From positions 104,128 to 168,127 of the forward strand of contig JABHIE010000031.1 in the NCBI GenBank assembly GCA_018671175.1: a stretch of 64,000 bases of DNA. The letters run 5' to 3'. Below are positions 45,304-53,868 of this stretch, piece by piece (the stretch's first letter is position 1; each line of letters opens with the position of its first letter). This stretch comes from Planctomycetota bacterium (GTDB lineage: Bacteria > Planctomycetota > UBA1135). The translations under genes and the position numbers were made by a program. Under the pieces are notes generated by a model, which made no database searches, was not told where the DNA came from, and was given only the letters and a program-made list of their open reading frames with translations.

Positions 45304-46730
45304 TAGAGGTCTTGTAAGGACGGCCAACCTGGGCCCGGGAATGCCGGCGCCTCAAAAGAGACACCTGAATCACTCGACGACCAACGAATCAACCCAAACA
45401 AGTGTGAGTGGTGGGTGGTGCCGTCGGGCTCTTCCCAAGCGCCCCCCAGAATAGGGACTGACCAGCGTGAATGCCCACCTCCTTTTGTGCGATGCCAAAG
45501 CCCAAGCCAAGCTCGTTGCTCAACAACGCCCTGAGGATGGTTTTTTACTTTGGCCCATTCCCAAGCAAAGCCAAGGTGTCGTTTGAGTGCGCCACCGTCA
45601 ATCATGCCGGGTACGCCAAAGTCAAACGCTTGAAAGCCCTTATCATCTGCGCCAGCTAAGGGCCAAATCTGCCAGCTATGTTCCTCTTTGCCGTCAAAAT
45701 CTTTGGTGCGTGCGCTATAGAAAACGGGCAGTGCATAAATCGCATCTTTGCGGAAGCCTTCGATTTGGTCATGGCGACTCCAGAAAATCGGCCACAAAAT
45801 AGAAGTGTATTCCGTCGTCTCGTCTTCGTAGTGAAGGTAGAACGGGATGAATCGGTTTAGCTTACGCGCCTCGTTTTTGCCGCCCGTTTCAAATTTGACC
45901 AAAGGCCAAATTTGCCCAGAGCGAAAACCTGTTGAAGGGCGTTGTGCATAGCCAAAGAGGGGCGGAAGGACGACCCAAGCAGAGTAATCATCTTGCGTGG
46001 TATGCCCAAACAGCGGTAGCAGAAGCATCGATTTACGCGGGTGAGCCTGGTCTAGAAACTCTTCCGACTCGGTGTAAAAAGGGTACAGCCAAAAAGACTT
46101 CCGCCATTTGCCGGGCGACTCGCTCCAGCCAAAAAATGGGAAGAATTGAAAGGCGCGTTCGTTGCCCGTTTTCCAGTGAAAGAGGGGCCAGAGAAAATGG
46201 CTGCTCGTGCGGTCGCCCTTTGTGTTGCGGATCCAGAGGGGCCACAAGAAAAAGTTGACTTCGTCATAAGTGAGGAAGCCTTTGACTTTGCCGAAAAATG
46301 GGAAGAGAGCAAATGCGTTTTCGGAGTCATCGCTCGATGAAGAGCCGATCATGCCAAGGAAAGGGATGGCCCAATCGACCTCAGTCACACCGTTGGATTT
46401 AGTTTCTTCTTCCACCCAGCCCAAAGGGAAAATACGCGTCATCGTGCGTGGGCGGTGGGGGTCAAACTCGTGCCGGCCAAAAGCAAGCAGAGTTTCGCTT
46501 GCAAAGTGGCCATCTGCTTCCGTGCGCTGCCACCAAAAGGGTGAAGCCGCCCATTCGGTGCCCTCGGCATCACTTGTGTATTGGAATGCCCCGCCAAGAG
46601 CCTCTGCATGCGACCACCCCGGCAAGCTTTGCGTTGAGGCAAAGGGCGCGAGGTGGATTTCGGATGCGGGGGATGCGCAGGAAACCACCAGAGCCAACAA
46701 AAGGGCAGGGGGGATACACCGAGTGAGCAT
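45303..46730 (-). CDS. Lipoprotein composed of ~15 tandem aromatic-Pro repeats; unknown family
   Basis: 475 aa with signal plus lipobox LALVVSC. Repeated [FWYLI][FWLY]P[LFIV][FWY] cores occur every 16-22 residues between residues ~98 and ~360. First gene of the mlaEFD-like operon. Confidence 0.65.
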   Translation of the reverse strand: MLTRCIPPALLLALVVSCASPASEIHLAPFASTQSLPGWSHAEALGGAFQYTSDAEGTEWAASPFWWQRTEADGHFASETLLAFGRHEFDPHRPRTMTRIFPLGWVEEETKSNGVTEVDWAIPFLGMIGSSSSDDSENAFALFPFFGKVKGFLTYDEVNFFLWPLWIRNTKGDRTSSHFLWPLFHWKTGNERAFQFFPFFGWSESPGKWRKSFWLYPFYTESEEFLDQAHPRKSMLLLPLFGHTTQDDYSAWVVLPPLFGYAQRPSTGFRSGQIWPLVKFETGGKNEARKLNRFIPFYLHYEDETTEYTSILWPIFWSRHDQIEGFRKDAIYALPVFYSARTKDFDGKEEHSWQIWPLAGADDKGFQAFDFGVPGMIDGGALKRHLGFAWEWAKVKNHPQGVVEQRAWLGLWHRTKGGGHSRWSVPILGGAWEEPDGTTHHSHLFGLIRWSSSDSGVSFEAPAFPGPGWPSLQDL

Positions 46731-46791
46731 GGGCTGATTGTAAAGCCATCAATGTCTCAACGAATGCCCTTACGCCGCTACACTTTGGCTC

Positions 46792-47793
46792 ATGCTTTCC
46801 TCCCTGTTGCGCCGAGCTTCTGCGTTTTGTGCATTCGCCATTCTTGCGGTCTCAAGCCTCGTCCCGCTCGCTTGCGGGGCCTTGGCGGGGCAAGTGACGC
46901 TGCCCGATCACGATGAAGTTACATTCGCTCGCGAGGCCAATGCCGAGGAATGGGCTATGCTCGATGCGGCCTACTTGCTGGCTCAAAGCTCGGGCTGGAA
47001 GTCGATTTTGCCTTGGCTCATTGCCGAACCAACATCGGTTCGACTCCATGCTCTCGTGCAAGATCTCCGCTTAATCGATGAAGGGCGTGAATTGGCTTGG
47101 GCTGACGCACAAGCTCAGTTGGTTGACGATCGCAGTCCATTGCATTTATTCCTTGCCGCTCGATTGTGCGACTCTCCCACTCAAGCTAAAGAATGGCTTG
47201 ACGAAGCGCTTCAAGCAGATCCAGATTTTGTATTGGCCCAGGTCTTGCAATTGTCATTGCAGTCTGATTCAGGCTACTACGCAATGCTCGACCCATTGCG
47301 CCGTCTGCTCGCTGAGCACCCAGGCTGTGCAGAGGCTTGGCGACTTCTTGGGATGGTCGCACCCCTTTATGCACGGCCCGACTTGGCCCGCCGCGCAGCC
47401 GTCCTTGAGCCGTGGTCAGGCGCTGAGCTAAATCAGTGGGCGACTCATTATTCAGCCGTTCGTTATCTCAAGGCGCAAGATCCGCGCCGCGCGTTAAGTC
47501 AACTTGGTACTTTGCCTCCGAGTGATTTTGAGGGCCGCCTCCTTCACGCCTGTGCGCTCGGAGAGTCAGGGCAACACCTCAAAGCTTTGCATGCCATGGA
47601 GGCGCTTCACGAGATTGAGCCTAACGACATGCGAGTTTTATTTAATCTAGGCCTAATCGAGATGCAGCGACTGCAGCACCCCAAACTTGCTCTCGCGTGG
47701 TTTGAGCTCATTCTTGTCAAGGCTCATGAGGGTCAAGCCATTCCATTTGTCCGTCGCATGCAGGTCGAGGCATGGGCGAGTGATTTGAGATGA
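46792..47793 (+). CDS. TPR-like repeat protein (secreted)
   Basis: 333 aa with a hydrophobic N-terminus and helical repeat pattern (e.g. MRVLFNLGLIEMQRLQHPKLALAWFELIL). ATGA overlap with dtd. Confidence 0.6.
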   Translation: MLSSLLRRASAFCAFAILAVSSLVPLACGALAGQVTLPDHDEVTFAREANAEEWAMLDAAYLLAQSSGWKSILPWLIAEPTSVRLHALVQDLRLIDEGRELAWADAQAQLVDDRSPLHLFLAARLCDSPTQAKEWLDEALQADPDFVLAQVLQLSLQSDSGYYAMLDPLRRLLAEHPGCAEAWRLLGMVAPLYARPDLARRAAVLEPWSGAELNQWATHYSAVRYLKAQDPRRALSQLGTLPPSDFEGRLLHACALGESGQHLKALHAMEALHEIEPNDMRVLFNLGLIEMQRLQHPKLALAWFELILVKAHEGQAIPFVRRMQVEAWASDLR

Positions 47794-48239
47794 AGGCCCT
47801 CTTGCAACGCGTCCGTAAAGCTTCTGTTGAGGTCGACAGAAAAATCGTTGGTGCAATCGATGGGGGCCTGCTCGTGCTGTTGGGTTGCGCGCGGGGTGAC
47901 ACGAGTGCGGCTGCCGCAAAGATGGCTAAGCGGATTTTGAGTTATCGTGTTTTTGAAGACGCCGATGGCCTAACGAATCTCAACATTCTGCAAGTCGGCG
48001 GAAGTCTTCTTCTCGTGAGTCAATTTACGCTATGCGCCGATACACGCAAAGGGACGCGACCCTCCTTTTCAACGGCCATGGCACCCGAGCTTGCCCAACC
48101 TCTAGTCGCGGAAGTCGTCGAGCATTTGCGAGTGGCTGGCGTCACTGTGGCCACGGGCGTGTTTGGCGCCAAGATGGATGTCGCTCTCGTGAATACGGGG
48201 CCCGCAACTTACTTTTTGGAAGTGCTTGCGAGCCAATAA
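47790..48239 (+). CDS. dtd: D-aminoacyl-tRNA deacylase
   Basis: 149 aa with MKALLQRV..ASV, SQFTLCADTRKGTRPSF and GVFGAKMDVALVNTGPATY motifs. Confidence 0.93.
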   Translation: MKALLQRVRKASVEVDRKIVGAIDGGLLVLLGCARGDTSAAAAKMAKRILSYRVFEDADGLTNLNILQVGGSLLLVSQFTLCADTRKGTRPSFSTAMAPELAQPLVAEVVEHLRVAGVTVATGVFGAKMDVALVNTGPATYFLEVLASQ

Positions 48240-48273
48240 ATAATAAAAGCATCAGAATCGCTCTTCTAGGGCT

Positions 48274-48301
48274 TGACGAATCCGCTCAACTCCCGATACT
48301 T
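48274..48301 (+). promoter_or_regulatory. Candidate sigma-70 promoter for the HU/IHF-like gene
   Basis: TTGACG (48274-48279), 16-nt spacer, GATACT (48296-48301), about 50 nt upstream of the ATG at 48350. Confidence 0.4.
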
Positions 48302-48349
48302 AAAGAACTAAGGGGCGCCCCCCGACCCTTCTCGCCCTCCACATCGTTC

Positions 48350-48736
48350 ATGTCCCATACCGTTACCAAACGCGAGTTAGTCCAACGCATTGCTGATCAA
48401 ACCGGTCAGACCAAAGTCTTAGTTCGTGATGTCATCCAACTCTTTCTCGACGAGGTTGCCAACGAGTTGATTGCCGGCAATCGCCTTGAGTTCCGCAAGT
48501 TCGGTGTCTTTGAGGTTCGCAACCGCCCTGGTCGCGTTGCTCAAAATCCAAAGACTCTCGAAAAAGTCATTGTTCCTGCAAAGCGCGTGGTCAAGTTTAA
48601 GGTGGGCAATGTGCTTAAGAAACGCGTCGAAGTTGGTGTAGCTCCCGCAGCCCCAATTGATGAAGTCGCTCCAGCGCCTCCAACAAACCAAGAGCCACCA
48701 CAAAGTGGCGGCTTTGGTGGCCCTTCTAGTTATTAA
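48350..48736 (+). CDS. HU/IHF-family DNA-binding protein with a Pro/Ala-rich C-terminal extension
   Basis: TKRELVQRIADQTG..VRDVIQLFLDEV...L..G..LEFRKFGVFEVR.RPGR.AQNPKT.E.V.VPAKRVVKFK is the HU/IHF fold, followed by a 34-aa tail VGVAPAAPIDEVAPAPPTNQEPPQSGGFGGPSSY. ATG at 48350 chosen; the longer ORF overlaps dtd. Confidence 0.87.
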   Translation: MSHTVTKRELVQRIADQTGQTKVLVRDVIQLFLDEVANELIAGNRLEFRKFGVFEVRNRPGRVAQNPKTLEKVIVPAKRVVKFKVGNVLKKRVEVGVAPAAPIDEVAPAPPTNQEPPQSGGFGGPSSY

Positions 48737-48772
48737 GCTTTAGGGTCGTCGCCGACTCTTTTAGAGAGTCAG

Positions 48773-49933
48773 CTACGAGACCTGCGCAAGCGCCTGTTCA
48801 AGGTCGCGGCGCAGGTCTTCTGCGTTTTCGATACCAACCGATAGACGCACGAGGCCGTCTTCGATTCCGATTGCGCGACGATGGGCAGCAGGCACACTCG
48901 CGTGGGTCATCGGTGCGGGCAATTCGATGAGCGATTCGACACCACCAAGAGACTCGGCAAGCGTGAAGAGTCGCAAGTGCTTGACAAAAGCCGTCGCTTG
49001 AGGGATGCCACCCGGCAACTCACAGCAAACCATGCCGCCAAAGGCACGCATCTGATCTTTGGCAATTGCGTGGTGAGGGTGCGAAGCCAAGCCCGGGTAA
49101 ATGACCTTGGAAATGCTCGAATGGTCTTGGAGGAACTCAGCAAGCATTTGCGCCGATTCGCAATGCCGCTCCATGCGTAGGGCCAAAGTGCGGACACCCC
49201 GTAGTGTCAAAAACGCGTCAAATGGCGAATTGACGGTGCCTGCAGAGTTTTGGTGAAACCAGACATCTTCTTTTTTGCCCTCTTCGCGCACAAGCAAGGC
49301 GCCGCCAACCACATCGGAATGCCCTGAAATGTACTTTGTGGTCGAATGAATGATGTAGTCAACCCCAAAGTCAAATGGGTTTTGCAGAGCCGGCGTCGCA
49401 AAAGTGTTGTCGACAGCGACTTCTGCACCAACTCGCTTTGCGCCTTTGACTGCGGCTTCTATAGAAGTCACATTCAGCAAAGGGTTGGAGGGCGTCTCAA
49501 TGTAAAGCAAGCGAGTGTCGCTGGGCAAGCTAGCCAAAACCGCTGGATCCGTCGTATCAACGAAATCAAAAATCAGCCCAAATCGAGCCGCGATTTTTGT
49601 GAACAAACGGTGCGTGCCTCCATAGAGGTCATTGCCCGCAACGATTCGGTCGCCTGGCTTGAGCATCAACATCAAAGTGTGGATGGCGGCCATGCCTGAT
49701 GTGAAAGTAAAACCAGCCGCGGCACCTTCAAGGTCTGCAAGCGCGTCTTGCAAAGCAAAGCGAGTCACATTTTGGGTGCGGGAATATTCAAACCCATTGC
49801 GAGGTTGTGCGGGCGCATCTTGTACATAAGTGCTAGTCATGCAAATCGGAGGCATTACGGCGCCGGTCTGCTCATCAGGAACCCAGCCAGCATGGACGGC
49901 ACGCGTGCCGAAAGAATCTTTGGAGGAAGTCAT
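48773..49933 (-). CDS. Cys/Met-metabolism PLP enzyme, cystathionine gamma-lyase/synthase family
   Basis: 386 aa with STTKYISGHSDVVGG (PLP-Lys), ESLGGVESLIE.PA.MTHAS. Immediately downstream of the CBS gene. Confidence 0.87.
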   Translation of the reverse strand: MTSSKDSFGTRAVHAGWVPDEQTGAVMPPICMTSTYVQDAPAQPRNGFEYSRTQNVTRFALQDALADLEGAAAGFTFTSGMAAIHTLMLMLKPGDRIVAGNDLYGGTHRLFTKIAARFGLIFDFVDTTDPAVLASLPSDTRLLYIETPSNPLLNVTSIEAAVKGAKRVGAEVAVDNTFATPALQNPFDFGVDYIIHSTTKYISGHSDVVGGALLVREEGKKEDVWFHQNSAGTVNSPFDAFLTLRGVRTLALRMERHCESAQMLAEFLQDHSSISKVIYPGLASHPHHAIAKDQMRAFGGMVCCELPGGIPQATAFVKHLRLFTLAESLGGVESLIELPAPMTHASVPAAHRRAIGIEDGLVRLSVGIENAEDLRRDLEQALAQVS

Positions 49934-49960
49934 TTTTCGAAAAAGTCGAAGGGGGATTGC

Positions 49961-51373
49961 CTAAAACGAAAGGCGGCCAAGACTGAGAACCCAGTCTTCA
50001 CGGCGGAAAGGTGCAACGCCATCTGCGTCGCGAATGAGAAGAGTGGCGTGGTCTTGAAATGGGCCACGCAAAGCAAACCAAGGATCACTTGAATCAAGGA
50101 TTGGCGGTGCGTCAAGGCGTAAATTCGCACATTGGAAGCCATCAAAGTTTGCTCCTTCGGAAAGGTAATTGGCCAAGCCCATCAAATCGACCACGCCTTG
50201 GACAGTATTGCTTGGCGCAGCAACCCCGTCTTCACCCGCCAAAATAGGAATGACTGTAATCCCGCGCTGGTCCATGAGGTTGAGCGCTACCGATGCGGGC
50301 TGATCACTCGTGACAAACCCGCGCGTTTTTGGCTGAAACAAATCAGAAATAAGTGCCGTGCTAGCCGAAGTGGAACCAACAAATTGATGGTTTTTTAACC
50401 AGTCTTGAGAATAAACTTTTGACAGGTAACGATTCCCTGAATCAGGGATTAAAACAACAGCGCGCGCGTCTTCAGGCAAGGAGCGAGCCTCTCTCAAAGC
50501 GGCCACCAAAGCCAGGCCAGATGAGCCGCCAGCAAAAAGGCCTAGCTCGCGCGCCAGCCGTTGCGTCATGGCGAAAGATTCAGTGTCTTCGACCACTTGA
50601 TAGCCATCAATGAGTTCTCGCGACCAAGTGCCGGGGATGATGTCGTCACCCACGCCTTCTACGGCGTAAGGGCCAAGCTCACCAATCTCACCGTTTTTCC
50701 AGAAAGATGCGAATGCGGAGCCCGGTGGGTCAACGCCGACCACGCGTACAGCATCATCTTGCTCTTTGAGATAGCGTGAAATCCCGGTAACGGTGCCGCC
50801 GGTGCCACATCCGCCCACAAAGAGGTCAAGCTTGCCACCGCATTGTGACCAGATTTCGGGGCCAGTGGTGAGGTAGTGCGCCTTGGGGTTTTCGGGGTTA
50901 AAGAATTGATCAGCTAACCATGCGCCTTCGGTTTCTTTGGCGATGCGTTGCGCGGTGCTCCCATAGGAGTCGGGGTGGTCAGCAGGGACATTCGTCGGGA
51001 CGGTGACGACAGTCGCACCATAAGCTTGCATCATCTGGATTTTCTCTTGCGACATTTTGTCAGGCATCACAATGATGCATGAATAGCCACGAGCGGCGGC
51101 AACCATGCAGAGGCCAACACCAGTGTTGCCTGAAGTGCCCTCGACAATAGTGCCGCCTGGCTCTAGTGCACCGTCTTGTTCAGCAATCTCAACCATGCGC
51201 AAGGCGATGCGGTCTTTTACCGAGCCACCTGGGTTAAGAGATTCAAGTTTGAGTAAGACCTCGCACTTGACCTCAGGGTCGAAGCCATCGGGCAAACGCA
51301 CCAAAGGGGTGTTGCCAACGGCCTCAAGGATGGTGCCGAGAATCTCGGTCTTGCATTCCTTTGTCGCTTTCAT
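49961..51373 (-). CDS. Cystathionine beta-synthase with a C-terminal CBS-pair (Bateman) module
   Basis: GNTPLVRL, ESLNPGGSVKDRIAL (PLP-Lys), SSGNTGVG-like EGTSGNTGVGL, plus a ~130-aa C-terminal regulatory region. ATG at 51373 preferred to the TTG at 51382. Confidence 0.88.
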   Translation of the reverse strand: MKATKECKTEILGTILEAVGNTPLVRLPDGFDPEVKCEVLLKLESLNPGGSVKDRIALRMVEIAEQDGALEPGGTIVEGTSGNTGVGLCMVAAARGYSCIIVMPDKMSQEKIQMMQAYGATVVTVPTNVPADHPDSYGSTAQRIAKETEGAWLADQFFNPENPKAHYLTTGPEIWSQCGGKLDLFVGGCGTGGTVTGISRYLKEQDDAVRVVGVDPPGSAFASFWKNGEIGELGPYAVEGVGDDIIPGTWSRELIDGYQVVEDTESFAMTQRLARELGLFAGGSSGLALVAALREARSLPEDARAVVLIPDSGNRYLSKVYSQDWLKNHQFVGSTSASTALISDLFQPKTRGFVTSDQPASVALNLMDQRGITVIPILAGEDGVAAPSNTVQGVVDLMGLANYLSEGANFDGFQCANLRLDAPPILDSSDPWFALRGPFQDHATLLIRDADGVAPFRREDWVLSLGRLSF

Positions 51374-51397
51374 GAACCGCAATTCTAGGATTTCGGG

Positions 51398-53488
51398 GTG
51401 CTCGATTCCTCCCCCGACCCCCGACCTTTTGAGAATGCCTTTCCCGAGGCATCTTTAGAAGTCTTGGGTTGGCCCAAAACCATCGAATGGATGGCCTCTT
51501 TGGCACAGACTGTGCCGGGCGCGAATCAGATCCGGGCCATGCATCCGAGCGATGACCTTGCCCTTGCGCAAGCCCGCCATGCGCGTGGTCGAGAAGCTCT
51601 CCAAGCAATCGAGGCCGATGTCGCACCTGGTTTTGGTGGTGTAGGCGACCCGCTTGAAGTCCTTGCCCGTTGCGACCAAGGGTTAGACGGACCTGAATTA
51701 AATGCTGTTGCGAGCACGCTAGAGCGTTTGCGCGAGCTGCGCCGATGGGCGATTGCTCATCCTGAGTTCGCCGCGCTTTCCACTCTCTTGCAAGAGGTCA
51801 ATTTTCCTGAGGCTTTGCTTCAGCAGTTGCGCAACTGCCTAAATTCGAGAGGCGAGGTTAACGATGAAGCCGACCCTGGCTTGGCCTCTGCGCGTGCGGG
51901 CATTCGCAATCTACGAAAGAAACGAGCTTCTGCCCTCGATGAAGCCATCGAAAAATTATCGCGGCGAGGGCTGTTGAGGCAAACTCAGCCCGTCCGGCGA
52001 GGTGCGCGACTCTTGCTTGCGGTTAAGGCTACTCCACAGGGCCGGGGCGCAGGCGTGGTGCATGACCAATCTCAATCGGGCGACACTTTGTTTCTTGAGC
52101 CCTCGTCGGTTTTGCAGGTCGCCAATGAGTTGACATCCGCCCATGCACGAGAGCGGCGCATGGTTGATGCGGTTTTGCATCGCCTCACGACTGAGGTCTT
52201 TCGTGCGCGCACCGAAATTGAGTTCGCAATTCTTGCCCTTGCTGAGACGGATGTCGCCTTTACTTCGGTTCAATGGCTGCGCTTGGTGGGCGGCAGTTGG
52301 CCTGAGTTGCTCAGCGCGGATGCCCCCCTGACCTTTCGCGAGGCGCGCCATCCTTTGTTGCTGCAATCGATGTCGCGCGAAGACATTCAACCTCTTGGTC
52401 TTGAGCTGGGTGATGCATACGACTTGCTCGTGGTTACGGGGCCAAACACGGGCGGCAAAACGGTCGTCCTTAAAACGGTGGGTCTTTTGGCTGCGATGGC
52501 GCGCGCGGGGCTTCCTGTCTCTGCAAGCGAGGGCACACGCTTGCCGATGCTGCACGGCCTTGATGCCGACATCGGTGATGCCCAATCTCTTGAAACCAGT
52601 TTGTCTACTTTTTCAGGGCATCTCACCCGCATTTGTCGCATTTTAAAAAACGCAAGCAAGGGCTACCTCGTTTTGCTGGATGAGCTTGGCACAGGCACTG
52701 ACCCCGAAGAAGGCGCTGCTCTCGGTCAAGCCGTTCTGGAAGCCTTGCTCGATTCGGGCGCGCGAGTGATTGCAAACACTCACCTTGGTGCCTTGAAATT
52801 ATTTTCTCTTGACTTGGCCCGCGCTGAAAACGCCTCCATGGAGTTTGACCCGGCCACGCTATCACCCAAGTATCGACTTTTGGTCGGCGTGCCTGGTGCT
52901 TCTCATGCGGTTGAGGTCGCCGAGCGTCTAGGTCTGCAATCCCATGTCTTAGAACGCGCGAAAAAACTTTCTGCGCGTGGTGGTGGCGCTGACCAACTCT
53001 TAGCTGATGTCGGTCGCGTGCGCCGTGATGCTGAATTAATGCGTGAACAGGCTGCGGTGCAAGAAGCCGATTTGCGAGAGACCTCTAAACGCATGCATGT
53101 CGAAGAGAGCGATTCGCGTCGTCGACAAGGATTGCGGGAAGGTGAGTCAGAGCAGGCCTATCTTGAGCTCAATCGCAACCTTGAATCTCTGCTGGCCAAC
53201 GAAGGCTCAGCCATGTATCGTTCCTTCAAAGATGCCGATGCAAGCCGCTTTCATGGCTTTTTAGAGCAGTTACGACAGTTGATGGCCACGACACCCTTTG
53301 CCCAACGGCAAGACGAATTTTTGCGTTCACTGAAAAAGGGGTCGACAATTTGGGTGCCCCGCTACCGAGAGCAGATGATGATCCTCAAAGTGAACCGCCG
53401 CAAAGAAGTCGTTTTTGTGCGGCATGGCACCCTTGAAATTGAGATTCCGATGCGCGAAATTACTTGGGCAGATCGCCCTCCTTCCTAA
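51398..53488 (+). CDS. mutS2: MutS2-family ATPase lacking the C-terminal Smr domain
   Basis: 696 aa, GTG start. Walker A VVTGPNTGGKTVVLKTVGL, LVLLDELGTGTDPEEGAAL, a coiled-coil and a KOW-like end (LKKGSTIWVPRYREQMMILKV..VVFVRHGTLEIEI). The ORF stops about 15 aa later with no Smr motif. Confidence 0.88.
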   Translation: MLDSSPDPRPFENAFPEASLEVLGWPKTIEWMASLAQTVPGANQIRAMHPSDDLALAQARHARGREALQAIEADVAPGFGGVGDPLEVLARCDQGLDGPELNAVASTLERLRELRRWAIAHPEFAALSTLLQEVNFPEALLQQLRNCLNSRGEVNDEADPGLASARAGIRNLRKKRASALDEAIEKLSRRGLLRQTQPVRRGARLLLAVKATPQGRGAGVVHDQSQSGDTLFLEPSSVLQVANELTSAHARERRMVDAVLHRLTTEVFRARTEIEFAILALAETDVAFTSVQWLRLVGGSWPELLSADAPLTFREARHPLLLQSMSREDIQPLGLELGDAYDLLVVTGPNTGGKTVVLKTVGLLAAMARAGLPVSASEGTRLPMLHGLDADIGDAQSLETSLSTFSGHLTRICRILKNASKGYLVLLDELGTGTDPEEGAALGQAVLEALLDSGARVIANTHLGALKLFSLDLARAENASMEFDPATLSPKYRLLVGVPGASHAVEVAERLGLQSHVLERAKKLSARGGGADQLLADVGRVRRDAELMREQAAVQEADLRETSKRMHVEESDSRRRQGLREGESEQAYLELNRNLESLLANEGSAMYRSFKDADASRFHGFLEQLRQLMATTPFAQRQDEFLRSLKKGSTIWVPRYREQMMILKVNRRKEVVFVRHGTLEIEIPMREITWADRPPS

Positions 53489-53490
53489 TC

Positions 53491-53868
53491 ATGACACAAG
53501 TTTTAGTCTTCGATAATGACGCGTCTTTGCGCGATTTGATTGAGCTGGCGGTTTCAACCACCGGCGCAAATGTTGTGGTGGCTGCCACCGCCCAAGAGGC
53601 CGAGGCCTTCTTGCTCCAAGGTAATGTCGTTTGCTTGCTACTCGATTTGCACCTCGGTGGCGGGCGCACGGGCGCCGATTGCGCACGCGATTGGGCCGCT
53701 CGAGATTTGCTTCCGGCCTTTTGGGTGGTCACAGGCACCCCAGATGATCCGATGGCCGCGGGCTTAGACGCTCTGCCGGGCTTCCAAAGAATCATCGGGA
53801 AGCCTTTTGATGTGCTGGGCATGGCCTCTGAGGTCTTCCGGGTCTACAACCGTTTTGTGAAGCGATGA
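53491..53868 (+). CDS. Stand-alone response-regulator receiver (CheY-like) domain
   Basis: 125 aa with an acidic pocket D8/D10, putative phospho-acceptor D52 (LLLDLHL), T81 (VVTG) and K104 (GKPF). Starts 3 nt after mutS2 and overlaps aroC by 4 nt. Confidence 0.78.
   Translation: MTQVLVFDNDASLRDLIELAVSTTGANVVVAATAQEAEAFLLQGNVVCLLLDLHLGGGRTGADCARDWAARDLLPAFWVVTGTPDDPMAAGLDALPGFQRIIGKPFDVLGMASEVFRVYNRFVKR

Noticed and set aside
48032-48349. N-terminal 106-codon extension of the HU/IHF ORF
   Set aside because: It overlaps the dtd coding region and a plausible promoter. The HU fold begins at the ATG at 48350.
51956-52585. 209-aa minus-strand ORF inside mutS2; likewise 14886-15416 (176 aa) inside purA and 9708-10172 (154 aa) inside pnp
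   Set aside because: All are antisense to genes with unambiguous motifs, and their composition is Arg/Ser/Pro-rich.
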